Source: Flavobacteriales bacterium (GTDB taxonomy: Bacteria > Bacteroidota > Bacteroidia > Flavobacteriales_D > Sanyastnellaceae). Taken from it: DNA of 64,000 nt. The notes beneath the pieces are model-generated. The model saw nothing but the letters and a program-made list of their open reading frames with translations, was not told where the DNA came from and did no database searches. Both the position numbers and the translations under genes were made by a program. Of the stretch, positions 44,949 to 55,824 are shown in pieces (the stretch's first letter is position 1; each line of letters opens with the position of its first letter). The DNA lies in NCBI GenBank assembly GCA_034439875.1, contig JAWXBG010000223.1, positions 2,973-66,972 of the forward strand, in the 5' to 3' direction.

Positions 44949-47366
44949 CTAAAATTTGAAATTCCACGTCACACTAGGAAGAATAGGGAAGAGACTTACT
45001 TGGTATGCTTTGATCTGAAGATTGCCTGCGTCAAGTCGTCCATCGGTTCCAAAGTAAATGAAATACGGATTTTGTCTGTTGTACAAATTATAGATAGAGA
45101 AGTTTAAACTCGATTGAATTTTTTTGGGCACATCAACTTTTTCGCCGGACACTTTATCAATTCGTTTTTTGTTTGGTTTTCCGTGCAGTGTTGCCGAAAT
45201 ATCTGCTCTGTGATATGGAGCCATTCTGAAACTATTTCTTGGGCCATAACGATCTACAATTTGGCCCTCCACAAAATATCTTTCCAAAGGAAGGGTAATG
45301 GCATTGCCAGTGCCATAGACAAATACGAAACCGAATTCCCAACGGCTATTCAACCTATAGTTTCCAACTACACTGAGGTCGTGTCTTCGATCCCATCTTG
45401 TTGGAAATTCTTCACCGTTATTTACGCCTTCAAAAATTCTATTGGTTTTACTCCAAGTGTAACCTACCCATCCATTTAAGTTTCCAAGCCTTTTCTTCAC
45501 GAAGAATTCTGCGCCATAGCTGTACCCTTTTCCGTAAACAAGCAGATTGTCTATGTTATCGTTTACGGTCTGTTCGGGTTGCGCCCCTTCTTTATATTCC
45601 GTTTGGTTGAACATGTCTTTGTAGTAAAACTCCACACTAGTTTCGTATGTGTCATTTTCGAAATTCCTGAAGTATCCGATAGAGTACTGCATTCCAATCT
45701 GAGGTTTTGTGAGATCGGTACTTGGTATCCAAACGTCGGTAGGCAGAGAGGAGGGAGAAAGGCTAGTGAGGTGGATGTACTGATAGTTTCTCATGAATCC
45801 GCCTTTTATGGCTGATTTCTTATCGAGTTTATACCTGAAATTGATGCGAGGTTCAAATCCCGTGTAATCCGCCACTTTTTCTCCTCTCCCATATTCAATA
45901 ACTTCTGGTTCGCCTGGCGCAACTATGCCGTTGTCTTCATTTGGAATGTAGCGATCGAATGGTCCTACATGTATAAAATGTGACATGCGTAAACCTGCAT
46001 TTATTCGAAGAGTTTCGGAAACATCCCATTCGTCTAGAATGTAGGCAGCAAATTCATGACTCCGTATTTTCACCTGTTCGCCTAGATCAAATTCTACATC
46101 ACCGCTTTTCGCAAAAACGTTGTTAGGTGTAAACTGATGGTTCACATATTCTCCACCCCATTTCAGGTTGTGATTGAAATTTGGATAGTAATTGAATTGT
46201 ACTTTTCCACCGTAGTCTCGTATTCCTGACTTCAAACGGAATTCAAATTGATCTTGTATTGCCTGAAACTCGAATTTGTAATCGGTAAAAGTCAGAATCG
46301 TGTTCATGAAAATTTTATCACTGATGATTCTATTCCATCGAAGAGTTCCCGTTGCATTTCCCCAAGGAATTTTCGTTTCGAAATCGGCATTAGAACTTTT
46401 AAATCCAAATACATCTCGTCCGAAATACCCACTTAAAAAAAGTTGATCTCGCTGCGTGATTTTATAGTTCAGTTTCGCATTGAGATCGTAGAAGTAATAT
46501 CCAGAGCCCGCAAAATTGCCGTCGGGGTTGAGAAATGGCTTAGTTATTACATCGATGTAGGTGCGACGGCCACTAATGATCAAACTTGAGGTGTCTTTTT
46601 TTAACGGTCCTTCGATCGTAAAACGTGAAGCTATTAATCCAATACCACCCTCGCCATGCCACTCTTTGGAATTACCTTCTTTCAGATTGATGTCGAGAAC
46701 AGATGAAAGTCGACCTCCATAATTTGCAGGCACTCCACCTTTGGTGAGCTCCAGGTTTTTTACAGCATCAGCGTTAAATACAGAAAAGAATCCGAAGAGG
46801 TGAGATGCATTGTACACTGCCGCATTATCCAAAAGAATAAGGTTCTGATCGACACCACCACCCCTCACATAAAAACCCGCATTGCCTTCACCCGAACTTT
46901 GAACTCCGGGCAAGAGTGTTATCGTCTTGAGAATATCTACTTCTCCAAAAAGCACAGGAAGCTTTTTCACTTGATCCATCTCGAGAACAATTTTGCCAAC
47001 TTCCGTGCTCTCGGTATTTCTGCTTTTGTCAGCTTCTATCACTATCATTTTCATTTCCACAGACTGTGAGGTGAGGTTCACATTCAGCGACTGGTCTGCG
47101 TCTAATACTAACTCGAAAACTTGATCTGCATATCCCATAGAGCTCACCTCAATGGTATATGTTCCTTTCTCCAATGTCATGGAGTAGAAACCATATACAT
47201 TGGTGGCTACACCTTTTTGAACTTCTTTGGCAACTACTAAGGCACCTAGTAGGTATTCTCCCGTTTGTCCGTCCTGCACGGCTCCACTAATGGAATATTT
47301 CTCCTGTGCAAAAACTAGGTTGGCAATACAAACTATAGCAATAAGTAAAGTGCTCTTGAGCCACAT
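44949..47366 (-). CDS. TonB-dependent receptor with N-terminal carboxypeptidase-regulatory-like domain
   Basis: It has a signal peptide, a CarbopepD_reg-like domain (ISGAVQDGQTGEYLLGALV), plug and barrel regions, and a C-terminal aromatic residue (WNFKF). Confidence 0.88.
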   Translation of the reverse strand: MWLKSTLLIAIVCIANLVFAQEKYSISGAVQDGQTGEYLLGALVVAKEVQKGVATNVYGFYSMTLEKGTYTIEVSSMGYADQVFELVLDADQSLNVNLTSQSVEMKMIVIEADKSRNTESTEVGKIVLEMDQVKKLPVLFGEVDILKTITLLPGVQSSGEGNAGFYVRGGGVDQNLILLDNAAVYNASHLFGFFSVFNADAVKNLELTKGGVPANYGGRLSSVLDINLKEGNSKEWHGEGGIGLIASRFTIEGPLKKDTSSLIISGRRTYIDVITKPFLNPDGNFAGSGYYFYDLNAKLNYKITQRDQLFLSGYFGRDVFGFKSSNADFETKIPWGNATGTLRWNRIISDKIFMNTILTFTDYKFEFQAIQDQFEFRLKSGIRDYGGKVQFNYYPNFNHNLKWGGEYVNHQFTPNNVFAKSGDVEFDLGEQVKIRSHEFAAYILDEWDVSETLRINAGLRMSHFIHVGPFDRYIPNEDNGIVAPGEPEVIEYGRGEKVADYTGFEPRINFRYKLDKKSAIKGGFMRNYQYIHLTSLSPSSLPTDVWIPSTDLTKPQIGMQYSIGYFRNFENDTYETSVEFYYKDMFNQTEYKEGAQPEQTVNDNIDNLLVYGKGYSYGAEFFVKKRLGNLNGWVGYTWSKTNRIFEGVNNGEEFPTRWDRRHDLSVVGNYRLNSRWEFGFVFVYGTGNAITLPLERYFVEGQIVDRYGPRNSFRMAPYHRADISATLHGKPNKKRIDKVSGEKVDVPKKIQSSLNFSIYNLYNRQNPYFIYFGTDGRLDAGNLQIKAYQVSLFPILPSVTWNFKF

Positions 47367-47578
47367 ATCATTTTCAATTGAGGTCGCGAAATTAGACAGT
47401 AGAGTGTTCAGACAAGGTTATTAGTATGCATATATTCATAGACCTTTGCCCCTTAACAGATTTTAACCGAATGGGATTTTCGGACATTTGACTGCATTAT
47501 ACCTTCGCAAGAACCAATTTCGCGGAGATTAGTTCTTCGAAACCAAAGTATTATTACACATCAGAACCACTTGATCCG

Positions 47579-50077
47579 TTGAAGGCCCAAAAGATTTTAT
47601 TCCTTATTGTATTATTCTTTTTGGTTGGGCATCAGCATTTTGCGCAAGAATTGTCAAATCCCAGGATATTGAATAGTCTTCGTTGTCAAAGTCCGCCAAA
47701 GCTCAATGGTGTGCTGGATGATCAGTGTTGGTCGGAATGTGTTGTAGCGACAGACTTTATAACTTTTTCACCAAATCCGGGTGTACCCTCAAAATTCCAA
47801 TCAGAAGTGAGAGTGCTCTACGATGATGAAGCGCTCTACATTGGATTTATGTGCTATGATCCTGCGCCAGACAGCATCCTTACTCAACTCACTGGGAGAG
47901 ATTCCGATGGCAACTCAGATTTTTGCGGTCTTACTCTATCCTGCTTTCGAGATGGCATCAATGGATTCACATTCGCCATTAGTCCGAAGGCTGAACAATA
48001 TGATGCCCGGGTTTCGACCGTCAACGGAGGCCATTTGGAGGATATCTCTTGGAATGCAGTTTGGGATTGTAAGACCGTAATTCTCGAAAATGGCTGGTGT
48101 GCCGAATACAAAATCCCTTTTGCGGCTTTGCGTTTTCCGAAAAGTGAGGAACACGTGTGGAATGTTAATTTTTTCAGAGAGGTGAGAAGAGTGCGTGAAA
48201 ACTCGAACTGGAATCCAGTTGATCCTCAGATTCCTGGATTTCTGACTCAAATGGGTCAATTGAAAGGTGTCGATAAAATTGCAACACCATCAAGACTATT
48301 CCTTTATCCGTATGCATCTACATATCTCAATCAGCAGGAGTATTACAACGCCGATTTGACAATAAGTAGACAGCAAACCTCAAGTTACAATGGTGGTATG
48401 GATATTAAGTTTGGATTGAATGATGCGTTCACGCTTGATGCTACTTTGATACCAGACTTTGGACAGACTGTTTCGGATAACTTGATTCTCAACCTCACCC
48501 CATTTGAAGTTCAGTTTCAGGAAAACAGGCAGTTCTTTACAGAGGGAACAGAATTGTATTCGAAGGCAGGTTTATTTTATAGTCGACGAATTGGAGGCAA
48601 TCCCATTTTTGCGAATGAGGTATACGGACAATTACAATCGGATGAAAGGGTTGTTGAAAACCCGATCGAAACCCAACTGATCAATGCCACTAAAATTTCA
48701 GGGCGAACAAATGGAGGTTTAGGCATAGGTTTTTTTAATGCAGTTACAGCAGAACAAACTGCTTTGATTGAAGATGAAGAAGGCAATCGGAGAGAGATCA
48801 TGACGAGTCCTCTTACCAATTATAATGTTCTTGTATTGGATCAAAATCTTAAAAACAATTCTTTCTTTTCCCTTGTAAATACAAATGTTTTGCGAGCTGG
48901 TCATTCCTACGACGCAAATGTGCTTGGAACCGAGTTTCAATTGCGCGATAAAAAGAACAAATACGCTATTGGAGGAAGTGGTGCTTATAATAAAAAGTTG
49001 CACTACGAAGGCAAAGATGATGAAGGATATAGAGCCTATTTGCAATTGGAGAAAACAAGTGGAAACTGGACATGGAATACAGGTAGCTCTGTTGAGTCGG
49101 ATACATACGACATCAATGATATTGGATTTTTGTATAACAACAATGAAGTAAACTATTGGCTCTCGAATTCATATGCCATCTATAAGCCATTCGGGCCTTT
49201 CAATAGAATGTGGAGCAATTTGTATACATCATTGAATTACCTCTATAGGCCTTATGAATATGCTAGTCTGAACTCAAGTGCCAACGTAGGTTTCATGACA
49301 AGAAAGTTTTTTGCTTTCGAACTTTCTGTTGAGTCAAATCCAATTGAAGGCAACGATTTTTTTGAGCCTCGTGTGCAAGGAAGATATTTTAAAACTCCGG
49401 CTTGGTTCAATTATGGCGGTTGGATCAGCACAGATTATAGAAAGCGTTTTGCTCTGGATTTTAGCGCTTGGCATAGTTTGTTTGAGGATAAGCAGAGGTA
49501 TGTTTTCAATTGGCGTATTGAACCCCGGTTCAGGGTAAACGACCATCTGATGTTTAAATATGTATATAGCAGGCAGAATCACTACAATGACATTGGATGG
49601 GCCGATTTCGCTGATGAAAGTCGTATGGAGCCAATCTTTGGTACACGCGATGTTGTTTCACACACCAATCTCCTTACTGCAACATATACGTTCAATGCGT
49701 TGATGTCAACTTCATTTAGGGCACGTCATTATTGGGGTTTCTCAAGGTATCACAAATTCCACAGCCTTAATCAAGATGGCCATCTCGGCAATACCGACTA
49801 TTCGGGCACAGATGATATGGGAAACATAGAGGCCAACAGAAGTTTCAACTCTTTTACTATTGATATGGTTTTCCGATGGATTTTTGCCCCTGGTAGCGAA
49901 TTGAATCTCGTTTGGAAGAAGGGAATTAATCAAGAAGAAGATGAGATTTTGCCCAATTTAACTGAAGATATTAAACACACCTTCGGGTTACCACAGTCTA
50001 ACAGCATTAGTATGAAGGTATTGTATTTTCTAGATTACAACAAACTTTTAAGGTCCAATAGAGTCAAAATAAACTGA
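47579..50077 (+). CDS. CBM9-like / DUF5916 family outer-membrane protein
   Basis: An 832-aa protein with a signal peptide. Its N-terminal region (CQSPPKLNGVLDDQCW...DFITFSP) resembles carbohydrate-binding family 9-like domains, followed by a long beta-rich region. The TTG start is as given in the ORF track. Confidence 0.55.
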   Translation: MKAQKILFLIVLFFLVGHQHFAQELSNPRILNSLRCQSPPKLNGVLDDQCWSECVVATDFITFSPNPGVPSKFQSEVRVLYDDEALYIGFMCYDPAPDSILTQLTGRDSDGNSDFCGLTLSCFRDGINGFTFAISPKAEQYDARVSTVNGGHLEDISWNAVWDCKTVILENGWCAEYKIPFAALRFPKSEEHVWNVNFFREVRRVRENSNWNPVDPQIPGFLTQMGQLKGVDKIATPSRLFLYPYASTYLNQQEYYNADLTISRQQTSSYNGGMDIKFGLNDAFTLDATLIPDFGQTVSDNLILNLTPFEVQFQENRQFFTEGTELYSKAGLFYSRRIGGNPIFANEVYGQLQSDERVVENPIETQLINATKISGRTNGGLGIGFFNAVTAEQTALIEDEEGNRREIMTSPLTNYNVLVLDQNLKNNSFFSLVNTNVLRAGHSYDANVLGTEFQLRDKKNKYAIGGSGAYNKKLHYEGKDDEGYRAYLQLEKTSGNWTWNTGSSVESDTYDINDIGFLYNNNEVNYWLSNSYAIYKPFGPFNRMWSNLYTSLNYLYRPYEYASLNSSANVGFMTRKFFAFELSVESNPIEGNDFFEPRVQGRYFKTPAWFNYGGWISTDYRKRFALDFSAWHSLFEDKQRYVFNWRIEPRFRVNDHLMFKYVYSRQNHYNDIGWADFADESRMEPIFGTRDVVSHTNLLTATYTFNALMSTSFRARHYWGFSRYHKFHSLNQDGHLGNTDYSGTDDMGNIEANRSFNSFTIDMVFRWIFAPGSELNLVWKKGINQEEDEILPNLTEDIKHTFGLPQSNSISMKVLYFLDYNKLLRSNRVKIN

Positions 50078-50172
50078 TAATCAGGTATTTGAAAAATTTC
50101 GGGGATTAAAAATCTAAAAAAATCTATCTTTAAAGCAACCCTTTATTTAAAGAATGTGTTTTACATAAGAAT

Positions 50173-50730
50173 ATGGATGATATCCGGGAGATCATAGATG
50201 GGTGTGTGCGCGGTGAGAAAAGATGGCAGGACAAAATGTACCTAAAGTTTAACTCGCTGTTGTTCGGAATCTGTTTGAGATATACCAAAAACAAGATGGA
50301 AGCCCAAGATGTTCTTCAAGATGTATTTGTAAAAGTGTTTAACAACATTCACACGTATCATCACAACGGTAGTTTCGAGGGTTGGTTGAGGAGGATAGCG
50401 GTGAATACATCCATCACGAATTACAGGAAAAATCTGAAGCATGCGTATCAAGAAGATGTGGATGATCTTGTAAGACACAAAGAAGATCCGGTATCGTTTG
50501 ATAATGCGGAATTCACAAAAGAGGAGTTGTTGTTTTGCATCAACAAACTTCCGACAGGATACAGAACAGTTTTTAATCTGTACGTTGTAGAAGGATTTAT
50601 GCACAAGGAAATAGCCGGCATGCTCGAGATAGATGTGAATACTTCCAAATCACAATTATCGCGAGCCAAGACGCACCTACAAAAAGAACTTGGAGAATTG
50701 AGTAAAATAAAATTCAAAAAAGATGAGTGA
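50173..50730 (+). CDS. ECF-type RNA polymerase sigma-70 factor
   Basis: It has region 2 (DVLQDVFVKVF, FEGWLRRIAVNTSI) and region 4 (YRTVFNLYVVEGFMHKEIAGMLEIDVNTSKSQLSRAK). Confidence 0.9.
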   Translation: MDDIREIIDGCVRGEKRWQDKMYLKFNSLLFGICLRYTKNKMEAQDVLQDVFVKVFNNIHTYHHNGSFEGWLRRIAVNTSITNYRKNLKHAYQEDVDDLVRHKEDPVSFDNAEFTKEELLFCINKLPTGYRTVFNLYVVEGFMHKEIAGMLEIDVNTSKSQLSRAKTHLQKELGELSKIKFKKDE

Positions 50731-51325
50731 AGAAAGATTTTTTAGCCATGTGAAGGAACAATTCCTTGACTATTCCCCTGAGGTTCCTCAGTCGGTATAT
50801 GGGGGTATGCGCAGAAAGTTGTGGTGGACTAATTTCACAACCTTCAAAGCTTTCCGCTTCAACATGTGGTATCTTGTTTTATTGGCGGGTGGTAGTTCCG
50901 CTGCTGTATTAGTTGGACAATCAAATGGGTCTAGTGCACCTGCGGAAAAAGCTGGCACTTTCCAAAATCAACTCTGGCAGCCCGAAATTTTGAATGCCTC
51001 TGAAAATGAATTCATACCGGCATCAAGCTCTAGCTGCACCTCGGAAAATTCAAAAAGCAAAACACACAGTTCATGTTGTTCGGCTTCGCATGCAAGTGAA
51101 TCAGTACACTGTGAATTCCCACTGACATCTACCGAAGGTGATCTACCAGTATTTGAAAGTCCAGCGCAAGTGCTTCCCATAGTTGTGCAAACCAATGAGC
51201 CAGAAGTCCTAATACCAATAGTCGAAATTGCCACTCCAGAAACTCTTGCCAAAAGTGAAAAGGGTACAAGGAAACTTGAAGTTGATCAATTATTGTCAAA
51301 AGACAAAAGGGATAAAAAGAAATGA
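50723..51325 (+). CDS. putative anti-sigma factor / single-pass membrane protein
   Basis: It overlaps the sigma gene by 8 nt. One TM (MWYLVLLAGGSSAAVLV) is followed by a Ser/Cys-rich low-complexity region. It has no family assignment. Confidence 0.45.
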   Translation: MSEERFFSHVKEQFLDYSPEVPQSVYGGMRRKLWWTNFTTFKAFRFNMWYLVLLAGGSSAAVLVGQSNGSSAPAEKAGTFQNQLWQPEILNASENEFIPASSSSCTSENSKSKTHSSCCSASHASESVHCEFPLTSTEGDLPVFESPAQVLPIVVQTNEPEVLIPIVEIATPETLAKSEKGTRKLEVDQLLSKDKRDKKK

Positions 51326-51379
51326 ATTGGAAATTGGTAGGGTCATGCCTCCTACCTTAGCCGGAGTATTTTTATAGGT

Positions 51380-52315
51380 ATGTTCCGGAATTCAGGTATG
51401 AAACCAAAAATCAAGGGCAACACATCGTTGATGTTGTTGCTCTTGTTTTTTTCATTAGTTTCGAGATCTACCGAGCTCCTCTCCGATACGATCATTATAG
51501 ATGGAGAGAAAATCTTTATCGAAAAAAATCCACGTTACGTGGATGTAGATTCCTTAGAGCAATCATATAAAAAGGCTGATATAAATTATGGACTCTCCTT
51601 AACTCCATTCCTGAACGCTAACTTCACTTATGGTCAAATTGCATACATAGGCGAGGATGCTAGGTATATCAACGATTTTATATCTACCGGCGATAGCTGG
51701 AAACTAGGGCCAGGCTTTGGTCTGATGGTGGAAAAAGAGATAGATGAGCACTTCGCATTTTCCCTTGGATTCTCTTGGAATCAGTCAAAAATAGGAAATC
51801 AGTATGTAGATGTTTCGTCACTTTCTGATGAAGAGACGTACAAGTTTGAGAGTTTTAAAGATGGAGAACTCTCTCATATCATTAATCAATTTATAGATCC
51901 GGGTTATGAGTTAGACACCATACCTGTGTCGCTTAACGACGGAACTTTCGAACTTCAAACGAGAGATATTGTAGCCAGGATAAGAATATATGGGGGTAAA
52001 GAAAAAGACGACCTAAGGTGGTATTTTCAGTTCGGACCGTTTTGGAGAAGTATTCATTTTGGAAATGTTGGACCTGTGACCATGATTTTTGAAGACGACT
52101 CCCTCTCTACTTGGAATCCTGATGTTCTTGAACTTCGTAAAACTCAATGGGGCGGTACCTTTGGTGGAGGTGGAGCTTATAAATGGAACCTCAAAAATGG
52201 GCTTTCAGCAGGCGTAGATTTATGGATTCCAGCAGGAGTATTAAGCAAAAGATCAGACCTTGATTTTTCTTACAGAAGCCTATCCTTGTTTTTAGGCTAC
52301 AGTAGATACTTCTGA
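51380..52315 (+). CDS. hypothetical secreted beta-rich protein (possible outer-membrane beta-barrel)
   Basis: It has a signal peptide (start possibly the ATG at 51398), alternating beta-strand-like sequence and a C-terminal aromatic residue (YSRYF). Confidence 0.4.
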   Translation: MFRNSGMKPKIKGNTSLMLLLLFFSLVSRSTELLSDTIIIDGEKIFIEKNPRYVDVDSLEQSYKKADINYGLSLTPFLNANFTYGQIAYIGEDARYINDFISTGDSWKLGPGFGLMVEKEIDEHFAFSLGFSWNQSKIGNQYVDVSSLSDEETYKFESFKDGELSHIINQFIDPGYELDTIPVSLNDGTFELQTRDIVARIRIYGGKEKDDLRWYFQFGPFWRSIHFGNVGPVTMIFEDDSLSTWNPDVLELRKTQWGGTFGGGGAYKWNLKNGLSAGVDLWIPAGVLSKRSDLDFSYRSLSLFLGYSRYF

Positions 52316-52419
52316 ACGGGCAACCTGAACCCACTTTTGCATGTCATGTGTATAATTTAGCTTGTACACCTTAATAAATTGGGTCTTTAAGTCCCTTTTT
52401 TTCTTACCTTAGCCCTGCC

Positions 52420-53493
52420 ATGAAGATAAAATTGAAATCAGTTGTGTTCTTGAGTCTACTTGCTTTTTGCACAGTACAATTGGTATCTGCTCAAATTGTA
52501 AATCCTGGATTTGAAGTTGCTTCGGCATATCCATCAAATACCGGTCAGTGGCAAATTTTGCAGTCGTGGACTAATGCAGGAAGTTTACTTGCCTCTCCCG
52601 ATTACTATCACTATCTCGGTTCGAGTCAGGCAGATTTACCAGAAACTCCGATGGCAATGGTAGAACCAGCCGAGGGTGAAGCATTAGTAGGCTTGATTGT
52701 TTGCGGGCCAAATCACACCAACATCAGAGAATACATCAGTACACAATTCAATAACCCTCTCGAAGTCGGCAAAGACTACATTGTAAGTTACAAGTTATGT
52801 AATGGGTATAAGACAGAGGTTTCTACCGCAGGATTGGCGGTATCTGATATTGGACTTTATTTCTCTACAAATCCTGTTCTGCAGGTAGGTCAAAATCCCA
52901 TAGCTGCAAATCCTCAATTTACTATTGATACTGTTTTCTATTCCAGAGATTGGGTTTGTGTGAATTTTACCTTGCATTCCGATCAAGCATACCGATACAT
53001 GACCTTTGGATTATTTGGTCCAGACGATAACAAAGACATAGAGGTAATGGAAGGGGCTAACCCCTTGTATGGTTATTATTTTGTGGATGACTTTTTCATT
53101 CAAGAAGTTCCAGAAGATTTTGATCCATCTGAAGAAGCCACTGGAAAAGGAGACCAAACGCCTCCATCGGCGAATGAAAATCCGAATTCAGGTGGCTCCG
53201 CCGAAATAGACGAGTTTTTTATCCCAAATACTTTTACTCCAAATGGTGATGGCAACAACGATTATTTCTTGCCAGTATCCACTCAAGTTCATGAATATGA
53301 TCTAGAGATTTTCAATAGATGGGGTGAACGTTTATTTAAGGCCACTAATCCGACTATCGGGTGGGACGGTTGGTACAATAGTCAGCGTGCAGAAGGTGGA
53401 GCTTATGTCTGGGAAATTTCTTTTATGTCTACCGATGAAAATGGCGAGCCAAAGGTGAAATCACTTTCCGGAATCGTCAATTTGGTGAGGTAG
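52420..53493 (+). CDS. T9SS type-B sorting domain (gliding motility-associated C-terminal domain, CHU_C) protein
   Basis: It has a signal peptide and the C-terminal motif FFIPNTFTPNGDGNNDYF...FNRWGERLF...GWDG. Confidence 0.8.
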   Translation: MKIKLKSVVFLSLLAFCTVQLVSAQIVNPGFEVASAYPSNTGQWQILQSWTNAGSLLASPDYYHYLGSSQADLPETPMAMVEPAEGEALVGLIVCGPNHTNIREYISTQFNNPLEVGKDYIVSYKLCNGYKTEVSTAGLAVSDIGLYFSTNPVLQVGQNPIAANPQFTIDTVFYSRDWVCVNFTLHSDQAYRYMTFGLFGPDDNKDIEVMEGANPLYGYYFVDDFFIQEVPEDFDPSEEATGKGDQTPPSANENPNSGGSAEIDEFFIPNTFTPNGDGNNDYFLPVSTQVHEYDLEIFNRWGERLFKATNPTIGWDGWYNSQRAEGGAYVWEISFMSTDENGEPKVKSLSGIVNLVR

Positions 53494-53640
53494 TCTTTTA
53501 GTTTTCTCCTGCTTTCATTTTATGGATTACTAGATTTTAAATTGATTAGAAGAGAGATAAACTATTGTAGTCACCTTTTTATCCCGCGTTCTTATTTCGC
53601 GTAAAACTGCAACACAATTTTTGGGATTACTTTCGTCCCA

Positions 53641-55212
53641 ATGAAAACGACATTTGTTCCTCAACAGCAATTATCTGATCTAGTTGAAGATTACATTCAC
53701 CATAAAGAATCTGTACTACCTTTCTGTGGCTCTTTTCTGAGTCAATCTGCTATTCTTGAAAAGATGGCCAAGCGACCATTCGATGCTAGACAAAGAGAAT
53801 TATTGGTCGAAACACTTTTGAAACAATATCAGGATTTGCCAATTTCCGAATTGACTCAAAAAAACATAGAGAGTCTTAGATCTTTAAACACTTTTACCGT
53901 TGCTACTGGACATCAACTCTGTTTGTTTACAGGTCCCTTGTACTTCATTTATAAACTTATTTCTACGATTCGTCTAACCGAATTGCTCAAAACTGAATCA
54001 CCCGAGCAAAATTTTGTGCCAGTCTATTGGATGGCGACAGAAGACCATGATGTGGCTGAAATCGATCATTTTTTTTTAAGAGGTCAAAAGAAACAATGGT
54101 CGACAAACGATAGCGGTGCAGTAGGTGAGTTGAGCACTAATGGAATACAACAAATGATCAGTGATTTTGAAAATTCGTTTGATCCAAGCGAACGTTTGAA
54201 TGAGTTGATCAAAATCTTGAGCGATTCCTATGCCTCCGAAAATCTGGCAACCGCAACCCGAAAGTTGGTCAATCACCTGGTAGGTAAATATGGAATTGTA
54301 ATTATCGATGCCAACGATAGGGGGTTCAAGAAGAGTTTTAGTCATATCCTGAAGAGAGAATTGTTAGAGGGAATGGGTTATTCGGAAGTAAACAAAACGA
54401 ATGGCATATTGAAGAATGCGGGCTACAAACCTGTTGTGAATCCCAGAGAAATCAACTTGTTTTATCTCATGAACCACCAGCGTGAACGTATTCTGCACGA
54501 GGGTGATATTTTCAGGGTAAACCAAACCGATATAATTTTCACGCGCGAAGAAATCTTAGCTGATCTTGAGAATAATCCGGAAAAGTTTAGTCCGAATGTT
54601 CTGCTGCGACCGGTTTACCAAGAGTTTGTACTTCCCAACTTAGCCTACATTGGTGGGCCGGGAGAATTGTCGTATTGGATGCAAATCAAGTCTCTTTTCG
54701 AAGAACTAGGCGTCTCTTATCCGATTCTGGTGCCGAGAGATCAAGCCATTATCTTGAATCATTCGATTCAGAAGAAGGTGGATAAATTAGAAATTTCGGA
54801 TGCTGATATTTTTATATCTAAAGACGACTTTATACGAAATTATGTGCGCAGTCAATCGCAAGTGAGTATTCAAAACGAATCAGATTCTATAAGTGCCACT
54901 TTAGACGCCATAGCAGTCAAGTTGAAAGTTCTAGATCAAAGCTTGGAACAAGCAACCATGGCCGAAAAGCAAAGGGTATTGAAAGGCATGGAGAACCTGA
55001 CATCAAAAATTACACGATCCGAAAAGCAATATCACGAACAATCTATTCGTCAAATCGAAAGTGTTTTTCAAGCGGTACGCCCAGATGGTGTGCTGCAGGA
55101 GAGAAGAGATAATTTCTTTCAATATCAGGCCGAAACTTTGGAAGACATCATTGAATACTGCCATGACGTTTTTGACCCACTAGAGCCTTCCTTAAAGGTC
55201 ATACGTTTATGA
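53641..55212 (+). CDS. bshC: bacillithiol biosynthesis cysteine-adding enzyme BshC
   Basis: A 523-aa protein with TGHQLCLFTGPLYFIYKLISTIRL and PVYWMATEDHDVAEIDH, matching BshC (YllA/DUF2317) motifs. Confidence 0.85.
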   Translation: MKTTFVPQQQLSDLVEDYIHHKESVLPFCGSFLSQSAILEKMAKRPFDARQRELLVETLLKQYQDLPISELTQKNIESLRSLNTFTVATGHQLCLFTGPLYFIYKLISTIRLTELLKTESPEQNFVPVYWMATEDHDVAEIDHFFLRGQKKQWSTNDSGAVGELSTNGIQQMISDFENSFDPSERLNELIKILSDSYASENLATATRKLVNHLVGKYGIVIIDANDRGFKKSFSHILKRELLEGMGYSEVNKTNGILKNAGYKPVVNPREINLFYLMNHQRERILHEGDIFRVNQTDIIFTREEILADLENNPEKFSPNVLLRPVYQEFVLPNLAYIGGPGELSYWMQIKSLFEELGVSYPILVPRDQAIILNHSIQKKVDKLEISDADIFISKDDFIRNYVRSQSQVSIQNESDSISATLDAIAVKLKVLDQSLEQATMAEKQRVLKGMENLTSKITRSEKQYHEQSIRQIESVFQAVRPDGVLQERRDNFFQYQAETLEDIIEYCHDVFDPLEPSLKVIRL

Positions 55213-55623
55213 TTCGCCGTATTGCAAGTAGTCTTGGAGGATTAAAGCAGCGCTCACTTTATCAAGGTTTCCTTTTTTCTGTCGATCACTTTTTTTCATT
55301 CCACCTTGTACCAAACTTTGTGAGGCCATTTTGCTGCTAAACATTTCATTGACCCTACTCACAGGAATTTCCGGAAACTTTTTTTGAATTTTGGTTATGA
55401 ATGCCTCAATGTTTTCGGTGGTAGTTGAAATGCTTCCATCGAGGTTGTGGGCTACACCGATTACAAATCTTTCAACCCTGTGTTTTATCACAATGCCAAC
55501 TAATAGAGCCATTATATCTTTTGTAGTGACTGTTTCTAATGGACTAGCAATCATTTTAAGGTCATCTGTGATGGCCAAACCACAGCGCACTGTCCCAAAG
55601 TCAATTCCCATGAATTTACCCAT
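55207..55623 (-). CDS. ruvX: Holliday junction resolvase-like RNase RuvX (YqgF)
   Basis: The motif GIDFGTVRCGLAITD is present. I prefer the ATG at 55623. It is convergent with bshC and overlaps it by 6 nt. Confidence 0.85.
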   Translation of the reverse strand: MGKFMGIDFGTVRCGLAITDDLKMIASPLETVTTKDIMALLVGIVIKHRVERFVIGVAHNLDGSISTTTENIEAFITKIQKKFPEIPVSRVNEMFSSKMASQSLVQGGMKKSDRQKKGNLDKVSAALILQDYLQYGES

Positions 55624-55824
55624 ATCACAAAAGTAATCCCGAATAGATACCAAGAATAGGTCTAAGCATCAATTGTATTTGGGATGCTCTAATCCAAACA
55701 ATCGCAGAAAAGTGATAAAACCCCGATTGGGTAGTAGTTTTGTGCATTACAAAGTGAGTAAGGGGGATCTCTCAAAACTTGTTTTATTTTCCCAGATTAC
55801 AAGACCGAATTTGAAATTTAAACA

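Noticed and set aside
55735-55742. TAGTTTTG matches the Bacteroidota -7 box TAnnTTTG upstream of dapD.
   Set aside because: It lies 83 nt from the start codon with no suitably spaced -33 TTTG. A single 8-mer match in AT-rich DNA is not enough to call a promoter.
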